Under the pieces are notes generated by a model. It was not told the DNA's origin. It did no database searches and worked only from the letters and a program-made list of their open reading frames with translations. Source: the human T2T-CHM13v2.0 reference genome, Homo sapiens. Taken from it: a stretch of 64,000 nt of DNA. Position 1 is the stretch's first letter, and the number at the start of each line of letters is the position of its first letter. The stretch is from NCBI RefSeq assembly GCF_009914755.1, contig NC_060938.1; one strand, given 5' to 3'. Shown piece after piece: positions 39,391 through 52,304 of this stretch. Position numbers and translations under genes: made by a program.

Positions 39391-41329
39391 AAGAGGCAAG
39401 ATGGCTGAATGGAAGTCTCCATCAATTGTCCCCCTTGCAGGAACACCAAATTTTAACAACTAACTACACATTAAAAGCACCATCATAAGAACTAAAAATC
39501 AGGTGAGCAACCACAGTACCTGGCTTTAACTTCATATTGCTGAAAGAAACACTGAAGAGGGTAGGAAAGATAGTCTTGAATTGCCATCACCACCTCTCCT
39601 TCATCTCCTGGCAGTAGCCATATGATGTGGAGAGGGAAAGTGTGTGCTTGAGGGAGGGAGAGCACGGTCACTGGAGGGACTTGGCATTAAACTCAATGCT
39701 ACCTTGTCACCACAAAGAGCAAAACACTGTTGGGTTCAGCCAATGGCTGCCCATGGAGGGAGCATTTAGACCAGCCTTAGCCAAAGAAGAATCACCAATC
39801 CCAGTTGTCAGAATTGAGTTTCTTGGCAAGCCTCACCACCATAGGCTAAAAAGCTCTGGATTCCAAGGTAAACTTGAAAGGCAGTCTAGGACACAAGGGT
39901 CACCCCTAGGCAACTCCTAGTGCTGGGCTGGGCTTAAAACCAGTGGACTAGTGCAGCATATGATGTCATGAGGTACCAGACAAGGCGAATAAGGATGTGC
40001 TTGCATTACCCCTTCCCCAGCCCCAGTTAGTACAGCTCACAGCAACAAGAGTGTCTCCTTCCTTCTGCTTGAAGCAAGGACAGTGAACAGTAAGGAGGAC
40101 TTTGTCATGCATCTAGGATACCAGTTCTGCCATAATAAGACAGGGAACTGGGCAGAGTGGTGAGGCCATCTTTCCAGGCACCAGCTCCTGGACATTTCTA
40201 GACTGACCCTGGGCTAGAAGGGAACCCACTGCCTTGAAGGGAAGGACCCAGTCCTGGCAGGATTCACTGCCTACTGACGAAAGAGCCCTTGGGCCCCGGA
40301 TAACCCACAGTGATATCTAGGTAGTACACCATAAGCCTTGGGTGAGACTCTGAGACGTGCTGGCTTCAAGTGAGATTCCCAGCTGTGGGGGCTACAGTGA
40401 GAGACTCCTGATTGAGAAAAGCAGAAGGAAAAGTTTTGCACCCTAGCTACCAGCTAGGCCAGTGGGGATACAGTACCAAGCAGACTACTGGGGTCCCTGA
40501 GTCCAGGCCTAGGATCTTGGACAGCATTTCTGGACCTGCCCTGGGCCAGAGGGAGCCCACTGCCTTGAAGGGTGAGTCCCAGGCCTGGCAGCATTCACCA
40601 TAAGCTGACTGAAGAGCCCCTGGGCTTTAAGTGAACATCAGTGGTGGCCTGGCAGTACTCCCCATGGGCCTGTGGTGGTGGTGGTCACAAGGGACAACTG
40701 CTCTCTGCCTGTGGAAAGGGGAAAGCAGAGCAGGAAGGACTTTGTCCTGGGGTTTGAGGACCAGCTTAGCCACAGAAGAACAGAACGGCCAGTCCCTGAC
40801 TCCCAGACAGCATCTCTGGACCCACCCAGGCCCGAGGGGAACTCACTGCCTTTAAGGGAAGGACACAGACCTGGCTGGCTTTCCCACTTGTTGATTGTAC
40901 AGTCAAAAGCCCTAGAGTGAACATAGGCAATAGCCAGGTAGTGGTTACAGAGGTCCCTTGATGAGACCCAGTGCTCTGCTGGCTTCAGTTCTGACCCAAT
41001 GCAGTCCCAGTGGTGGTGGCCACAGAAGTGCTGACATCATCCTACTTGTTGCTCCAGGTGGCTCAGCACAGAGAGAGAGAGAGACTGTTTGTTTATGAGA
41101 AAGTAAGGGAAGAGAAAAAGAGTCTCTGCCTGATAATCTGGAGAATTCTTCCAAATCTTATCCAAGACTGCCAAGGTGGTACCTCTACGAGTTTGCAAGA
41201 ACCACAGCATTAATGGGCTTATGGATCAAGTCCCTTCAAATACCTAGAAAGCCTTCCCAAGAAAGATGGGTACAAAAAAAAGCCCAGACTGAGAAGATTA
41301 CAACAAATACCTAACTCTTCAATGCCCAG

Positions 41330-42295
41330 ACATCAATGAACAACCATAAGCATCAAGACCATGCAGGAAAACATTACCTCACCAAATGAAATAAGTAATG
41401 CAACAGGGACCAATCCTGGAGAAACAAAGATATGTGACTTTTCAAACAGAGAATTCAAAATAGCTGTTTTAAAGAAACTCATAGAAATTCAATATAACAC
41501 AGATAAGGAATTCAGAATTCTACCAGGTAAGTTAGCAAAGAGATTTAAAAAATTAAAAAGAGTCAAGCAGAAATTCTGGAGTTGAAGAATGCAACTGACA
41601 TACTGAAGAATGCATCAGAGTCTCTTAATAGCAGAATTGATCAAGCAAAACAAAGAATTAGTGACTTGACGATAAGCTATTTGCAAATACACAGTGAGAG
41701 GAGACAAAAGGAAAAAGAATTTTTTAAAAATGAAGCACACCTACAAAATCTAGAAAATAGCCTAAAATGGGCGAATCTAAGAGTTATTTGTCTTAAAGAG
41801 AGACAGAGAAAGAGACTGTGGTAGAAAGTTTATTCAAAGGGATAATATCAGAGAATTTCCCAAACCTATAGAAAGATATCAACATTCAAGTACAAGAAGG
41901 TTATAGAATATCAAGCAGATTTTACCCAAAGAAGACTACCTGAAGACATTTAATAATCAAATTCCCAAAGGTCAAGGATAAGGAAAGAATCCTAAAACAA
42001 ATAGAAAAGAAAATAATGTACACTGGAGCTCCAATATGTCTGGCAGCAGATTTTTCAGTGGAAACCTTACAGCCCAGGAGAGAATAGCATGACATATTTA
42101 AAGTGCTAAAGGAAAAAAATCTTTTACCTTAGAACAAAATATCCAGTGAACATATCCTTCAAGCATGAAGTAGAAATAAAAACTTCCCCAGACAAACAAA
42201 AGCTGAGGGATTTCATCAACACCAGAACTGTCCTAAAAAAAAAAAATAAAAATTCTAAAGGGAGTTTCTCAATCTGAAAGAAAAGGATGTCAATA
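41330..42295 (+). pseudogene. Disrupted L1 ORF1p remnant
   Basis: Peptides REFKIAVLKKLIEIQ, SLNSRIDQAKQRISDL, NLENSLKWANLRVI in shifting frames with stops. Confidence 0.85.
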
Positions 42296-42705
42296 AGCAA
42301 GAAGAACTTATCTGAGTTTTGTACTTATCAGTAAGTCTTGTACATTCCCAGTAACTACAATAACTTTTCAAGACCAAGGCAATATAATAAGACATAAAAA
42401 GAAATAACAAAAAGTTAAAAAGCAGGGGGATTAAGTTAAAGGGTAGAGTTTTTATTAGTATTCTTTTTCCTTGGTTTTGTGTTTTTGAAATCAGTGTTAA
42501 GTTGTCATTAGTTTAAAAGATTTGGTTGTAAGATAGCATTTGCAAGCCTCATGGTAACTTCAAATAAAAAAAATACAATGCATACAGAAAAAATAAAAAG
42601 CAAGAAATTAAATTGTATCACCAGAGAAAATGACCTTCACTAAATGAAGACAAGAAAGAAAAAAAGAAGGGAAGACTACAAAATAACCAGGAAACAAATT
42701 TAAAA

Positions 42706-44725
42706 ATGGCAGGAGTTAAGTCCTTACCTATTAATAACAACATTGAATGTAAATGAACTAAATTCTCCAGTTGAAAGACAGAGTGCCTGAATGGATTTTT
42801 TTAAAAAGACCCAATGATCTGTTGCCCACAAGAAACACACTTCACCTGTGAAGATGCATATAGACTGAAAATTAAGGTATGGAAAAAGACATTTTATGCC
42901 AGTGGAAACAAATAAAAGCAGGAGTAGCTATACTTGTATCAGACAAAACAGATTTCAAGACAAAAACTATGAAAAGAGACAAAGAAGGTCATTATATAAT
43001 AATAAAGGGGTCAAGTCACCAAGAGGACATAACAATTATAAATACATTTGTACCCAATATGAAAGCACCCAGATATACAAAGCAAATGTTATTAGAGCTA
43101 TAGAGAGATATATCCTAATAAAATAATAGCTTCAGACTTCAACAACCCACTTTTGGCACTGGACAGATCTTCAACACTGAAAATCAACAAAAAAAAAATA
43201 GGACTTATTCTGCACTACAGACCAAATGGACCTAACAGATATTTACAGAACATTTCATCCAACAGCTGCAGAATACACATTTTTTTCCTCCTCAGGACCT
43301 GGTTAATTCTCAAAGATAAACCATGCAAGGTCATAAAACAAGTCTTAAAACATTCAAAAAATAATATCAAGCATCCCTCTGACTGCAAGGGAATAAAACT
43401 AGAAATTAATGATGAGGAATTTTGGAAACTTTACAAACACATGGAAACTAAATGATATATGCCTGAAAGATCAGTGGTTAAATGAAGAAATTAAGAAGGA
43501 AATTGAAAGATTTCTTGAAACAAACGATAATGGAAGCACAATATATCAAAACTTATGAGATACAGTGAAACTAGTACTAAGAAGAAAATATAGAGGTATA
43601 AGTGCCTATATCAAAAAAAGAAAAGAAAAATTTCAAGTAAATAACCTAGTGATATATCTTAAAGAACTAGAAAAGCAAGTGCAAACCAAACCCAAAATTA
43701 GTAAAAGAAAATAAGTAATAAAAATCAGAGTAGAAATAAAGGAAATTGAAATGAGGAAAACAATACAAAAGACCAATGAAATGAAAATTTGGTTTCTTGA
43801 AAAGGTAAATAAAATTGACAAACTTTAGCCAGACTAAGAAAAAAAAGAGAAGACCCAAATAAAATCAGAGATGAAAAAGGAGACATTACCTCTGATACCA
43901 CAGAAATTCAAAGGATCATTGTGGCTACTATGAGCAACTATATGCCCAAAGCTGGAAAATTGGGAGAAGATGGATAAATTCCTAGACACATACAACATAA
44001 AAAGATTATATCATAAAGAAACTCAAAATCTGAACAGACCAATAAAATGTAATGGGATTAAAGCCATAATCAAAAGTCTTCCAGTAAAGAAAAGCATAGA
44101 ACCCAACATCTTCACTGCCAAATTCTACCACAAATACAAAGAAGAACTAATACCAATCCTACTAAAACTATTCTGAAAAATAGAGGACAGGGGACTACTT
44201 CCAAACTTATTCTACAAGGCCAGTATTATCCTGATACCAAAACCAGCCAAAGACACATCAAAAAAAAGAAAACTACAGGTCAATATATCTGAAGAATATT
44301 GATGCAAAAACCCTCAATAAAATACCAGCAAACCAAATCCAACAATACATTAGAAAGATCATTTATCATGACCAAGTGGGATTTAATCCAGGGATGCAGG
44401 ATGTTTCAGCATTCATAAATCAATCAATCTGATACATCATATCAACAGAATGAAGAACAAAAGCCATATGATCATTTCGATTGATGCTGAAAAAACGTTT
44501 GATAAAATTCAACATCCCTTCAAGATAAAAACCCTCAAAGAAACCAGGTATAAGAACATACCTCAACATAGTAAAAGCCGTATATGACAGGCCCACAACT
44601 AGTATCATACTGGATGGGGAAAAACTGAAAGCCTTTCCTCTAAGATCTGGAACACAATAAGGATACCCACTTTCACCACTGTCATTCAACACACTACTGG
44701 AAGTCCTAGCTGGAGCAATTAGACA
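42706..44725 (+). pseudogene. Disrupted L1 ORF2p remnant (endonuclease plus N-terminal RT; truncated before the FADD motif)
   Basis: KAGVAILVSDKTDFK...RDKEGHYIIIKGS (EN), MDKFLDTY...[17 protein letters not shown]; ends just after the decayed QGCPLSPLLFN-equivalent region. Confidence 0.9.
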
Positions 44726-45141
44726 TTGCATGCCTGTATCAAAATATCTCATGTACCCCATAAATATATATACATACTAGGTACCCACAACAATTAAAAA
44801 AATTTAAAAAGTAAGATGATGGAGAGATCAAGAAGGAAGAAGAAACAATTAATGGTCCAATCTTCCAGAGGAGGTAGAAAGAGATGAAATCCAGCTATCA
44901 GGGTTAATGTTGGAAAGAGTTGGGATAGCTCTTATTCTGAACAGTGGCTACAAAATTTTTTGAGATGGAAGAAAGTAAGTCTACTTGATTGAGAAGCAGT
45001 ACGCTCAGCACTTAAACACACTCGTCTTCAAATGCTAGTTCTACCACCTACCAGCTGTCAGGTTCTGAGTAAGCATCTTTGTATATAACTTTCATCATAT
45101 ACACGTATATGTCTTTGTGTGTAGCTTTTATCATATAACCT

Positions 45142-45591
<450 letters not shown>

Positions 45592-45823
45592 GTTGTCATG
45601 GCAAATGACGTGGCAACTACTCTTTCCTCTGCCAAGATAAACTGAATTTCCAAGATAAACAAGTCAAAGAAGAAAATAGGCACGTTGTTAAGGTGGGGGA
45701 CAGAGTTGCAGAGAGATAAGGGTCTGCTGGAAGGCAGAGGTCAGGCAATCCCAAATGAGAGTGGTTAACTAGAGAGACACAGCAGTGAGTCCTAAATGCA
45801 TCTTAGTGCCCCTGGGAAGATGA

Positions 45824-46319
45824 TGTGGTAGACAGAATCACGTTCCCCCTAACCCTGGCAAGATATCCACAACCTAATTTTCAGAACCTGTAAATATGTT
45901 ACCTTAATAGCAAAAGGGACATTGTAGATGTGATTAAACTAAGAAACTAGATGCAGAGAGATTATCCTGGATTATCTGAGTGGACACAATGTAATCACAA
46001 GGGTTTTTATAAGAGGGAGCCAGGTGGGACAGAGGCAGAGGAGACGTGACGTAAGAAGCAGAAATTGCAGCGACGCTCCTTGAAGATGGAGAAAGGGGGC
46101 ATGAGTCTAGGAATACAGGTGGCTTCATGAAGCTGAAAGACACAAGAAAATTCTCCTCTGAAGTCACCAGAGGGAGTGGAACCTGGCTGATACCTTGATT
46201 TTCGCCTCAGAAGATTCATTTTAAATGTCTAACCTCCAGAACCATGAGAGAATACATTTGTGATGTTTTAAGCTACTAAGTTTATAAGTTTGTTACAGCA
46301 GTAATAGGAAACTAATACA
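45824..46319 (+). mobile_element. MLT1D-like solo LTR
   Basis: TGTGGTAGACAGAAT...AACCTGTAAATATGTTACCTT...GATTATCCTGGATTATC...GCAGTAATAGGAAACTAATACA. Confidence 0.88.
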
Positions 46320-46895
46320 GGTGGAAACCTAAGGGGTTGGCTCAGCAGAAGAGTCAGTGGCATAGATTTTAGCCAGGGAAGCATGAGGCCCAGGAGTTGA
46401 CTTTTGTGCATATCAAGACCTGTATTATCTCACCACGCCGCTATTTCTCATACTGCATCCCCCTCCAAACTCAAGTGGTGACACCGAAGCCAAATGGAAC
46501 AACTCAGAAGGACATAAACTTTGAAACTCAAAGCAAAATAGGAACAGACATTTCCACTCAGGTTACTTAGCCAGAGCCCAGCAACTTGTCAGTGAGCCAG
46601 GATATTGTAATTAAATGCTAAATTAAATGGTTTGCATTGCTTTGTTCCTGAAAGCTTGATAAAGCCACACTTCTCTCATTGTTAAATACAACAGTGAGCT
46701 GCAGAGGATAAAAATTTGGCCCGATCTCTTCACCAGAAGATAGGCAGAACAGGCAGATGCTGCAATGGAGGGTTCATAGAACTTATACATAAATATGAGA
46801 AAGCTCAGAGTTTGAAATGTCAAAAGTTCTGAAAAACATGCCAGGTAACTTTACAGTTTCCTAAGTAAAAGACCTCTGGCTATGGGCTGGCCACT

Positions 46896-46963
46896 AGCAG
46901 AATACTACCATCATCACACAGCAGAACACCACCATTATCACACAGCAGAACACATATCACACA
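46896..46963. repeat. 24-bp tandem repeat, ~2.8 copies
   Basis: GCAGAATACTACCATCATCACACA / GCAGAACACCACCATTATCACACA / GCAGAACACATATCACACA. Confidence 0.8.
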
Positions 46964-46989
46964 TGACGTAAGTGGGCCACAGCTGGGTG

Positions 46990-47125
46990 ATGAGGTAGAA
47001 ACCCCACTTGGTAAATGAGGAAAGTGAAGCTCAGAGGCTAAGGTGATGAACCCAAGGTCACAAGGCTAGTAAGAGGCAGCATCTGATTTTCTGCCTTACT
47101 CTGGTGTTTTCTTTCCTATCATGTT
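46990..47125 (-). mobile_element. MIR core
   Basis: AAATGAGGAAAGTGAAGCTCAGAGGCTAAGGTGATGAACCCAAGGTCACA. Confidence 0.7.
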
Positions 47126-47849
47126 GTCCCCCCGGAAGAGATGTCAGGACAAGGTCTGCAGTAGACCCTAGCAGTCCCATAGAAAGAAATATTGAACCTT
47201 GAACAATAAATTCCTAAAGAACTCTCTTGTTTTATTTCTGCCTTGCTCTGAAGGGGCCACTACCCCTTGCCATGTATTGTTAATGAATTAAGAACGGAAA
47301 AGAAAATCTGCAGCCACCTTATGGTCCCCAGTCCTGTGAGTAACCTTTTAAAAGTCTGGAGGACTGTATTGCCATAAGTAGAACTTTTCAGAGGATTTTA
47401 CTGAAGGCCTGGCTCTACGTAAATGTGGTGTTTTGTGAGCCACAGGGGCCACTGGTAGGCCCCCCTAAACAACCTGTGCTGAATTAGGAGTTTACATTGG
47501 TTAATAAGAGCCAATGATCACAGGTAGAAGAATAAGCGAGAATGAGGAAAGTCCCCTCTCTCATTTTACAGAGCAGCAATCTGGGACAGTGGCTGAAGTT
47601 CCCATGCTTATGACTCCCAAGTTGGCACTTTCATATTCTGGAACCTGGAGCTCACCGGGGTGAAGTGAATGTGGCTCAAGAATGGCGACATTTTTCATTT
47701 CCTATAAATGTTGTCATGGGGAATTAGGTTGACTCCGAAAAATATCTTTGAAAATAGTAAGGAATCTGAACACATTTAACGTAATAGGTCTACCTATGCA
47801 CCATCAGTTAATCAGGCCATACATTTGACATTTAATTTTATTCATCCAC

Positions 47850-48100
47850 AGTATAATATAGCATCGTGATTAAAAGGCACAAGCTTCAGGGTCAATTATA
47901 CTTAGTTTTAAATCCTGATTCTGGTCCTTACTACTGCTTTTGCCATGGACAAATTACTTAATCTCTGTGTCTCTATTTTCTCTTCTGTGAAATGGGTAGT
48001 AAATGGCTCATTTATCAAAGTTATTGTTTAGGATTTGAAATCACAAATATAAAGGACCTATTCTATACTCAGTCTTAAATAAATGTTGAGCATTATTATT
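47850..48100 (+). mobile_element. MIR
   Basis: GGACAAATTACTTAATCTCTGTGTCTCTATTTTCTCTTCTGTGAAATGGG. Confidence 0.7.
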
Positions 48101-49332
48101 AATATTGCTACCATGTTTTATGATACTTTTAAGTATGGACATATCCATATATTTGGAACTCTAATAATATGAAAGTATATGTTTAACAAAGATAAAATAG
48201 AGTTAAAGAAATACATATTTATTTCAGGCTAATGAAATCATATAATTTCTCTAGAGGAAATGAGTCATGGTATTCCTCCTTTGGTAATGTATTATTAATG
48301 ATGATTTCCTTGAGATACATCAAGAGTGGATTCAAAAGAAAGAGAATGAGAATTTACCCAGTGCCGGCGCTTCAATTAATCAACTTCTGTTTCTGTAAAT
48401 AGCCCTAAGTGAAAGAATCAAACTATTATGTTTTGTAGATGAATGATCAGCAAATGCTCAGAAACTCATCTGTCATGGTCTAGTTTTGCTGCCTGACAAG
48501 AATAATGAAGCCTGCATATTCTGAATTCATAAAAAGTCTGGGTTGCGGTTTACATAAAATCCACATTTAATTAGAGTGGAACCAGGAGAGAAATTGAATG
48601 CCTCGCCAGCTTGGCAGTGGGGTGGAAGGCTTTATCATCTGTCCTTCTCAGATGCAAGAGGTGAAAACCGTGTACAGAGAGGTTTCCAAGGAAAGGCTAA
48701 TGGTACAGCTTTGGGGATGGAGACATATTTTCACCAGGAGTAGACTATGGTTCAGAGAAGTCTGTTCTTGCTATTCACCATGCCAAGAGGCACTTAAGAC
48801 AGGGTAAGAGTAATTAGTGTTTCTTTTGCTTTCTTTTGTGGTGGCAAACAAGTAGGAAACCTAATCTTTAAATATTTTATATATCAACATTGTATAAGAC
48901 ACAGGTATATCAGATTTATTCCAAGTTTATAAGACTCTTTTCGGGGGCGGGGGGAATAGAAGCACTGAACTTTTCATTGCAGTTGTATTGAAAGTGATGG
49001 CAATGTGGTTTTTTATGGGCACACAGAGTTTTGTTTATTTAAATGAAGAATACCAAGCGTTAGAATCCAAAAGGATTTCTTACCTACTTTAAAATAAAAG
49101 GTATAAAATTACATAGCTAAAAAGAAATACATTGGTATTTGTGATCGCCGATATGGAATAGGCCACAAAAACAACAAATGTATTAATAAATGAAGCCCTA
49201 GACTGTATAGTGGTTCTGTAAAACCTAATGTCAGCCCTGTATTTCAGTGAATACCATGAACTAAAAAGCAGCCTACGATAGAAAGTAGGTTGAACTAATT
49301 CCATATAGTAAATGCAGCAAACGTAAATAGAT

Positions 49333-49336
49333 CACG

Positions 49337-49388
<52 letters not shown>
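49333..49388. repeat. (CG)n(CA)n alternating purine-pyrimidine tract
   Basis: CACGCGCGCGCGCACACA... uninterrupted. Confidence 0.95.
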
Positions 49389-49391
<3 letters not shown>

Positions 49392-50529
49392 ACAAAGGAA
49401 ATCGCAAAACCCAGTAAATTTGAGTGAATTCCTGCACAGGCAGCCACAGTACTCACAAAATGCCAGTTGTGGATGTGACATTGAGGTGACCACACTTTGC
49501 CACCTGAGAATATGCCATCAATACTGTCCTCCGGTGTAGTAAATTCCACTTGTCACCTGATTTTCCCCTAGCGTGTCCTTATTTGTTTTCTCCGAATGCC
49601 CTTTTGAATTTAGATAAAATCTAAATGTGTTTTAGAATGAGAAGAGTATTTAAATAACTTTGGAAATAAATCTGGTGTGAATTTTGATTCCTGGAAATTC
49701 CATGGAAATGAAATGAAAGGACACAAATATCCTTCTTCCGTTAGGTATGTGATCATTGTCTCTTTCAGTGTTCTGTATTATTAGTAACATTATTTTTGCA
49801 CAGTTCTGGAGCACATTGGGTTGCTGTCCCTGAAGGTTACCGCTGACCTCTTAGCAGTACACTGTTGTCCTCCAGCACTCAGCCTTCCATCTGCCATCAT
49901 TGTTTTCCCATGTACTCTGAGGGAGGAGAAATCCTTTCAATGCAGACAAATACAAAAACATGACTTGGTCTCTAACAATTTCATACAGACTCGAACCTCA
50001 GAGTTAACAGGGGATTCAACGTTGACACTGAGTCATTTGGAGTAAGCGGAGTGGATTTTTCTGGGCTAATTTTCCATAAGATTCTATAACAGCCTTGCCA
50101 ACAGCAGGACATGAAGTTATTAGAGAAAAACCAAAAAAAAAAGAGGAACGCTTCTTATTGTCTCTTTATCACACAGGCACAAATTTCTTATTGTCTATCT
50201 CTTTATGACACAGGCACAAATATGAAGTATATAATGCCCCATGCTCTATATCCTGCAACATACTTAATAGTTTTGAGAAATGTGCTTTATCTCTCCCTCT
50301 CCCCATTTCTCTAATTTTTCTGCAAAGGTCCCAAAGAACTCTTGTTAATTTGTGAATCTGTTTAGCATTGGCTGTCACAGAGCACAGCTCCAGGTGGCAT
50401 CTGTGTGAATGATGTCCCTAGAGTGGTGTGGCAGGGAGCTACCACTGGACATCAAAGGGCTTTTGGAAAACCCAAGTGACAATATAGCAGTGCTGGTTAG
50501 CCTTATTTTGCCTAGTTTGGATTTCTGTA

Positions 50530-52280
50530 GACATATTGAGTAAGCTCTTTCTCTTTTTTCTGAAACTATCTCTGACCTTCAATTTAACAGACTCTACTTT
50601 TGTGAACTAAAAGGAAAAATTTTAAAGCAGTGGTTTATTCATATTGGCCCCTCAAAATTCAAAAAGCAAGACCTTTGCCAAGTCTCCAGGCTTTTTGTAG
50701 AAATATAATTATTTAAACAAGTTGAATAAGAATCCATCTCATTCTTACCAGAATATAATTGGACAAGGCAGTTGTGTAACTAGGCCTTACCTAGAGTGTC
50801 ATATTTAAAAATTAAAAACAGACAACCTAGAGAATAGGAGAAAATATTCACAAACTATACATCTGATAAAGGTCTAATATCCAGATTATATAAGGAACTT
50901 AAATAAGCAAAAAACAAATGACCTCATAAAAAAAGGAGGGGCAAAGAACATGAACAGACATTTCTCAAAAGCAGTCATACACATGGCCAACAAGCATATA
51001 AAAAATGTTCAACATCAGTAATCATTAGAGAATTGCCAACGAAAACCACAATGAGATTCCATCTCACACCAGTCTGAATGGCTATTATTAAAAAGTCAAA
51101 AAATAACAGATGTTGGTAGGTTGAAGAGAAAAAAGAACACTTATACCCTGCTGGTGGGAATGTAAATTAGATCAACCACTGTGGAAAGTAATTTGGAGAT
51201 TTCTCAAAGAACTTAAAACAGAACTACCATTTAACCCAACAATTCCATTACTGGGTATATATCTTCACTTCATTCTATACTCAAAGGAATAGAAATTGTT
51301 CTACCAAAAAGACACATGCATCTTCAGGTTCATTGCAGTTCTATTCACAATAGCAAAGACATGGAATCAACCTTAATGTCCATCAACGGCGGACTGGATA
51401 AAGAAACTGTGTTACATATACTACATGGAATACTATGCAGCCATTAAAAAGATAAAATTATGTCCTTTGCAAAAACATGAATGTGGCTGGAGGTCATTAT
51501 CTTAGGCGAATTAATGCAGGGACAGAAAACCAAATACTGCATATTCTCACTTATAAGAGGGAGCTGAATGTTTAATACACATGGACATAAAGAAGGGAAT
51601 GACGGAAACCAGAGCCTATTTGAGGGAAAAGGATGGGAGGAAGGTGAGAGTCAAAAAACTACCTACTGGATACTACACCCCCTACCTGGATGATGAAATC
51701 ATCTGTATACCAAACCCCAGCAACATTCAATTTATTCATTTCTGTGCCTCAATTATCTGCGCATGTACCACCTGAACCTGAAATAAACATTAAACAAAAA
51801 GAGGAAAAAAATCACATATAATAAATTTCTATTAAAAATAAGGATTGACTTCACATGTGGAGCCAATGCCTATACAGTCCCTCCAAAAACACTGGCTCAG
51901 AACCTGCTTAGAGAGGCCCAACCCCAAAGGCGGAGAGGAAGGTCATTCCCAGGCAAACCAGGAACCTTAGCAAACTTGAAAGGCCTCAAAGAGAAAAATG
52001 TATCCAACTTTACAGTAACCATGGATCAAATATGATGGAGTATCTTAGCCTTGATTTTCTAGCCTTTAGAAACAAGACTAAATAGCATGGATCTTTGAAA
52101 GTCCAATGTAAGATTCCTTATGAAAATTTTCATTCAGAGCTAATTCTCAGGCATTAGTAGATGTCAATGCTCTGGATAACTCTGGATCTGCAAAGCCAAT
52201 TGAAGGAGGACTGTATGGTTAATTAACACTCTTGCTGTGCCTTTGCAAATAATCAGGCCAAACATAAGGAAACAAGACTC
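50530..52280 (+). mobile_element. Decayed ERV1 (MER4-group) internal sequence, pieces ~50530-50805 and ~51840-52280, split by an L1
   Basis: GATTCCTTATGAAAA...CTCTTGCTGTGCCTTTGCAAATAATCAGGCCAA and CATTCTTACCAGAATATAATTGGAC resemble MER4-group internal consensus; no LTRs seen. Confidence 0.5.
50810..51811 (+). mobile_element. L1PA15/16-L1PB-type 5'-truncated LINE-1 (last ~1 kb)
   Basis: ORF2 C-terminal region (CATCTCACACCAGTCTGAATGGCTATTATTAAAAAGTC), TTCTCACTTATAAG, 3' UTR, AATAAA and A tail. Confidence 0.9.
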
Positions 52281-52304
52281 TGTGTGTGACCAGGAAAAAT
52301 CTTT

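Larger units (their letters stand above)
39396..44812 (+). mobile_element. L1MA-type LINE-1 with complete 5' UTR and 3' end but ~2-kb internal deletion
   Basis: GCAAGATGGCTGAATGGAAG 5' start, ~1.9-kb 5' UTR, ORF1 and ORF2 remnants, terminal TGTACCCCATAAATATATA...A-tail; 14-bp TSD AAGATGACGAAGAG (39382-39395) / AAGATGATGGAGAG (44813-44826). Confidence 0.92.

Noticed and set aside
44715-44735. Spliced-L1 explanation for the internal deletion
   Set aside because: The recalled consensus after ...ATCAGACA continues AGAG (no GT) and the sequence before TTGCATGCC is ATGCA (no AG); the junction fits CA microhomology instead.
46896-46963. CRISPR-like array
   Set aside because: Adjacent diverged tandem units without unique spacers, no cas genes, primate genomic context.
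50388-50402. CTCF-like motif GCTCCAGGTGGCAT (and 12071-12085)
   Set aside because: Partial matches only; not distinguishable from background without ChIP data.
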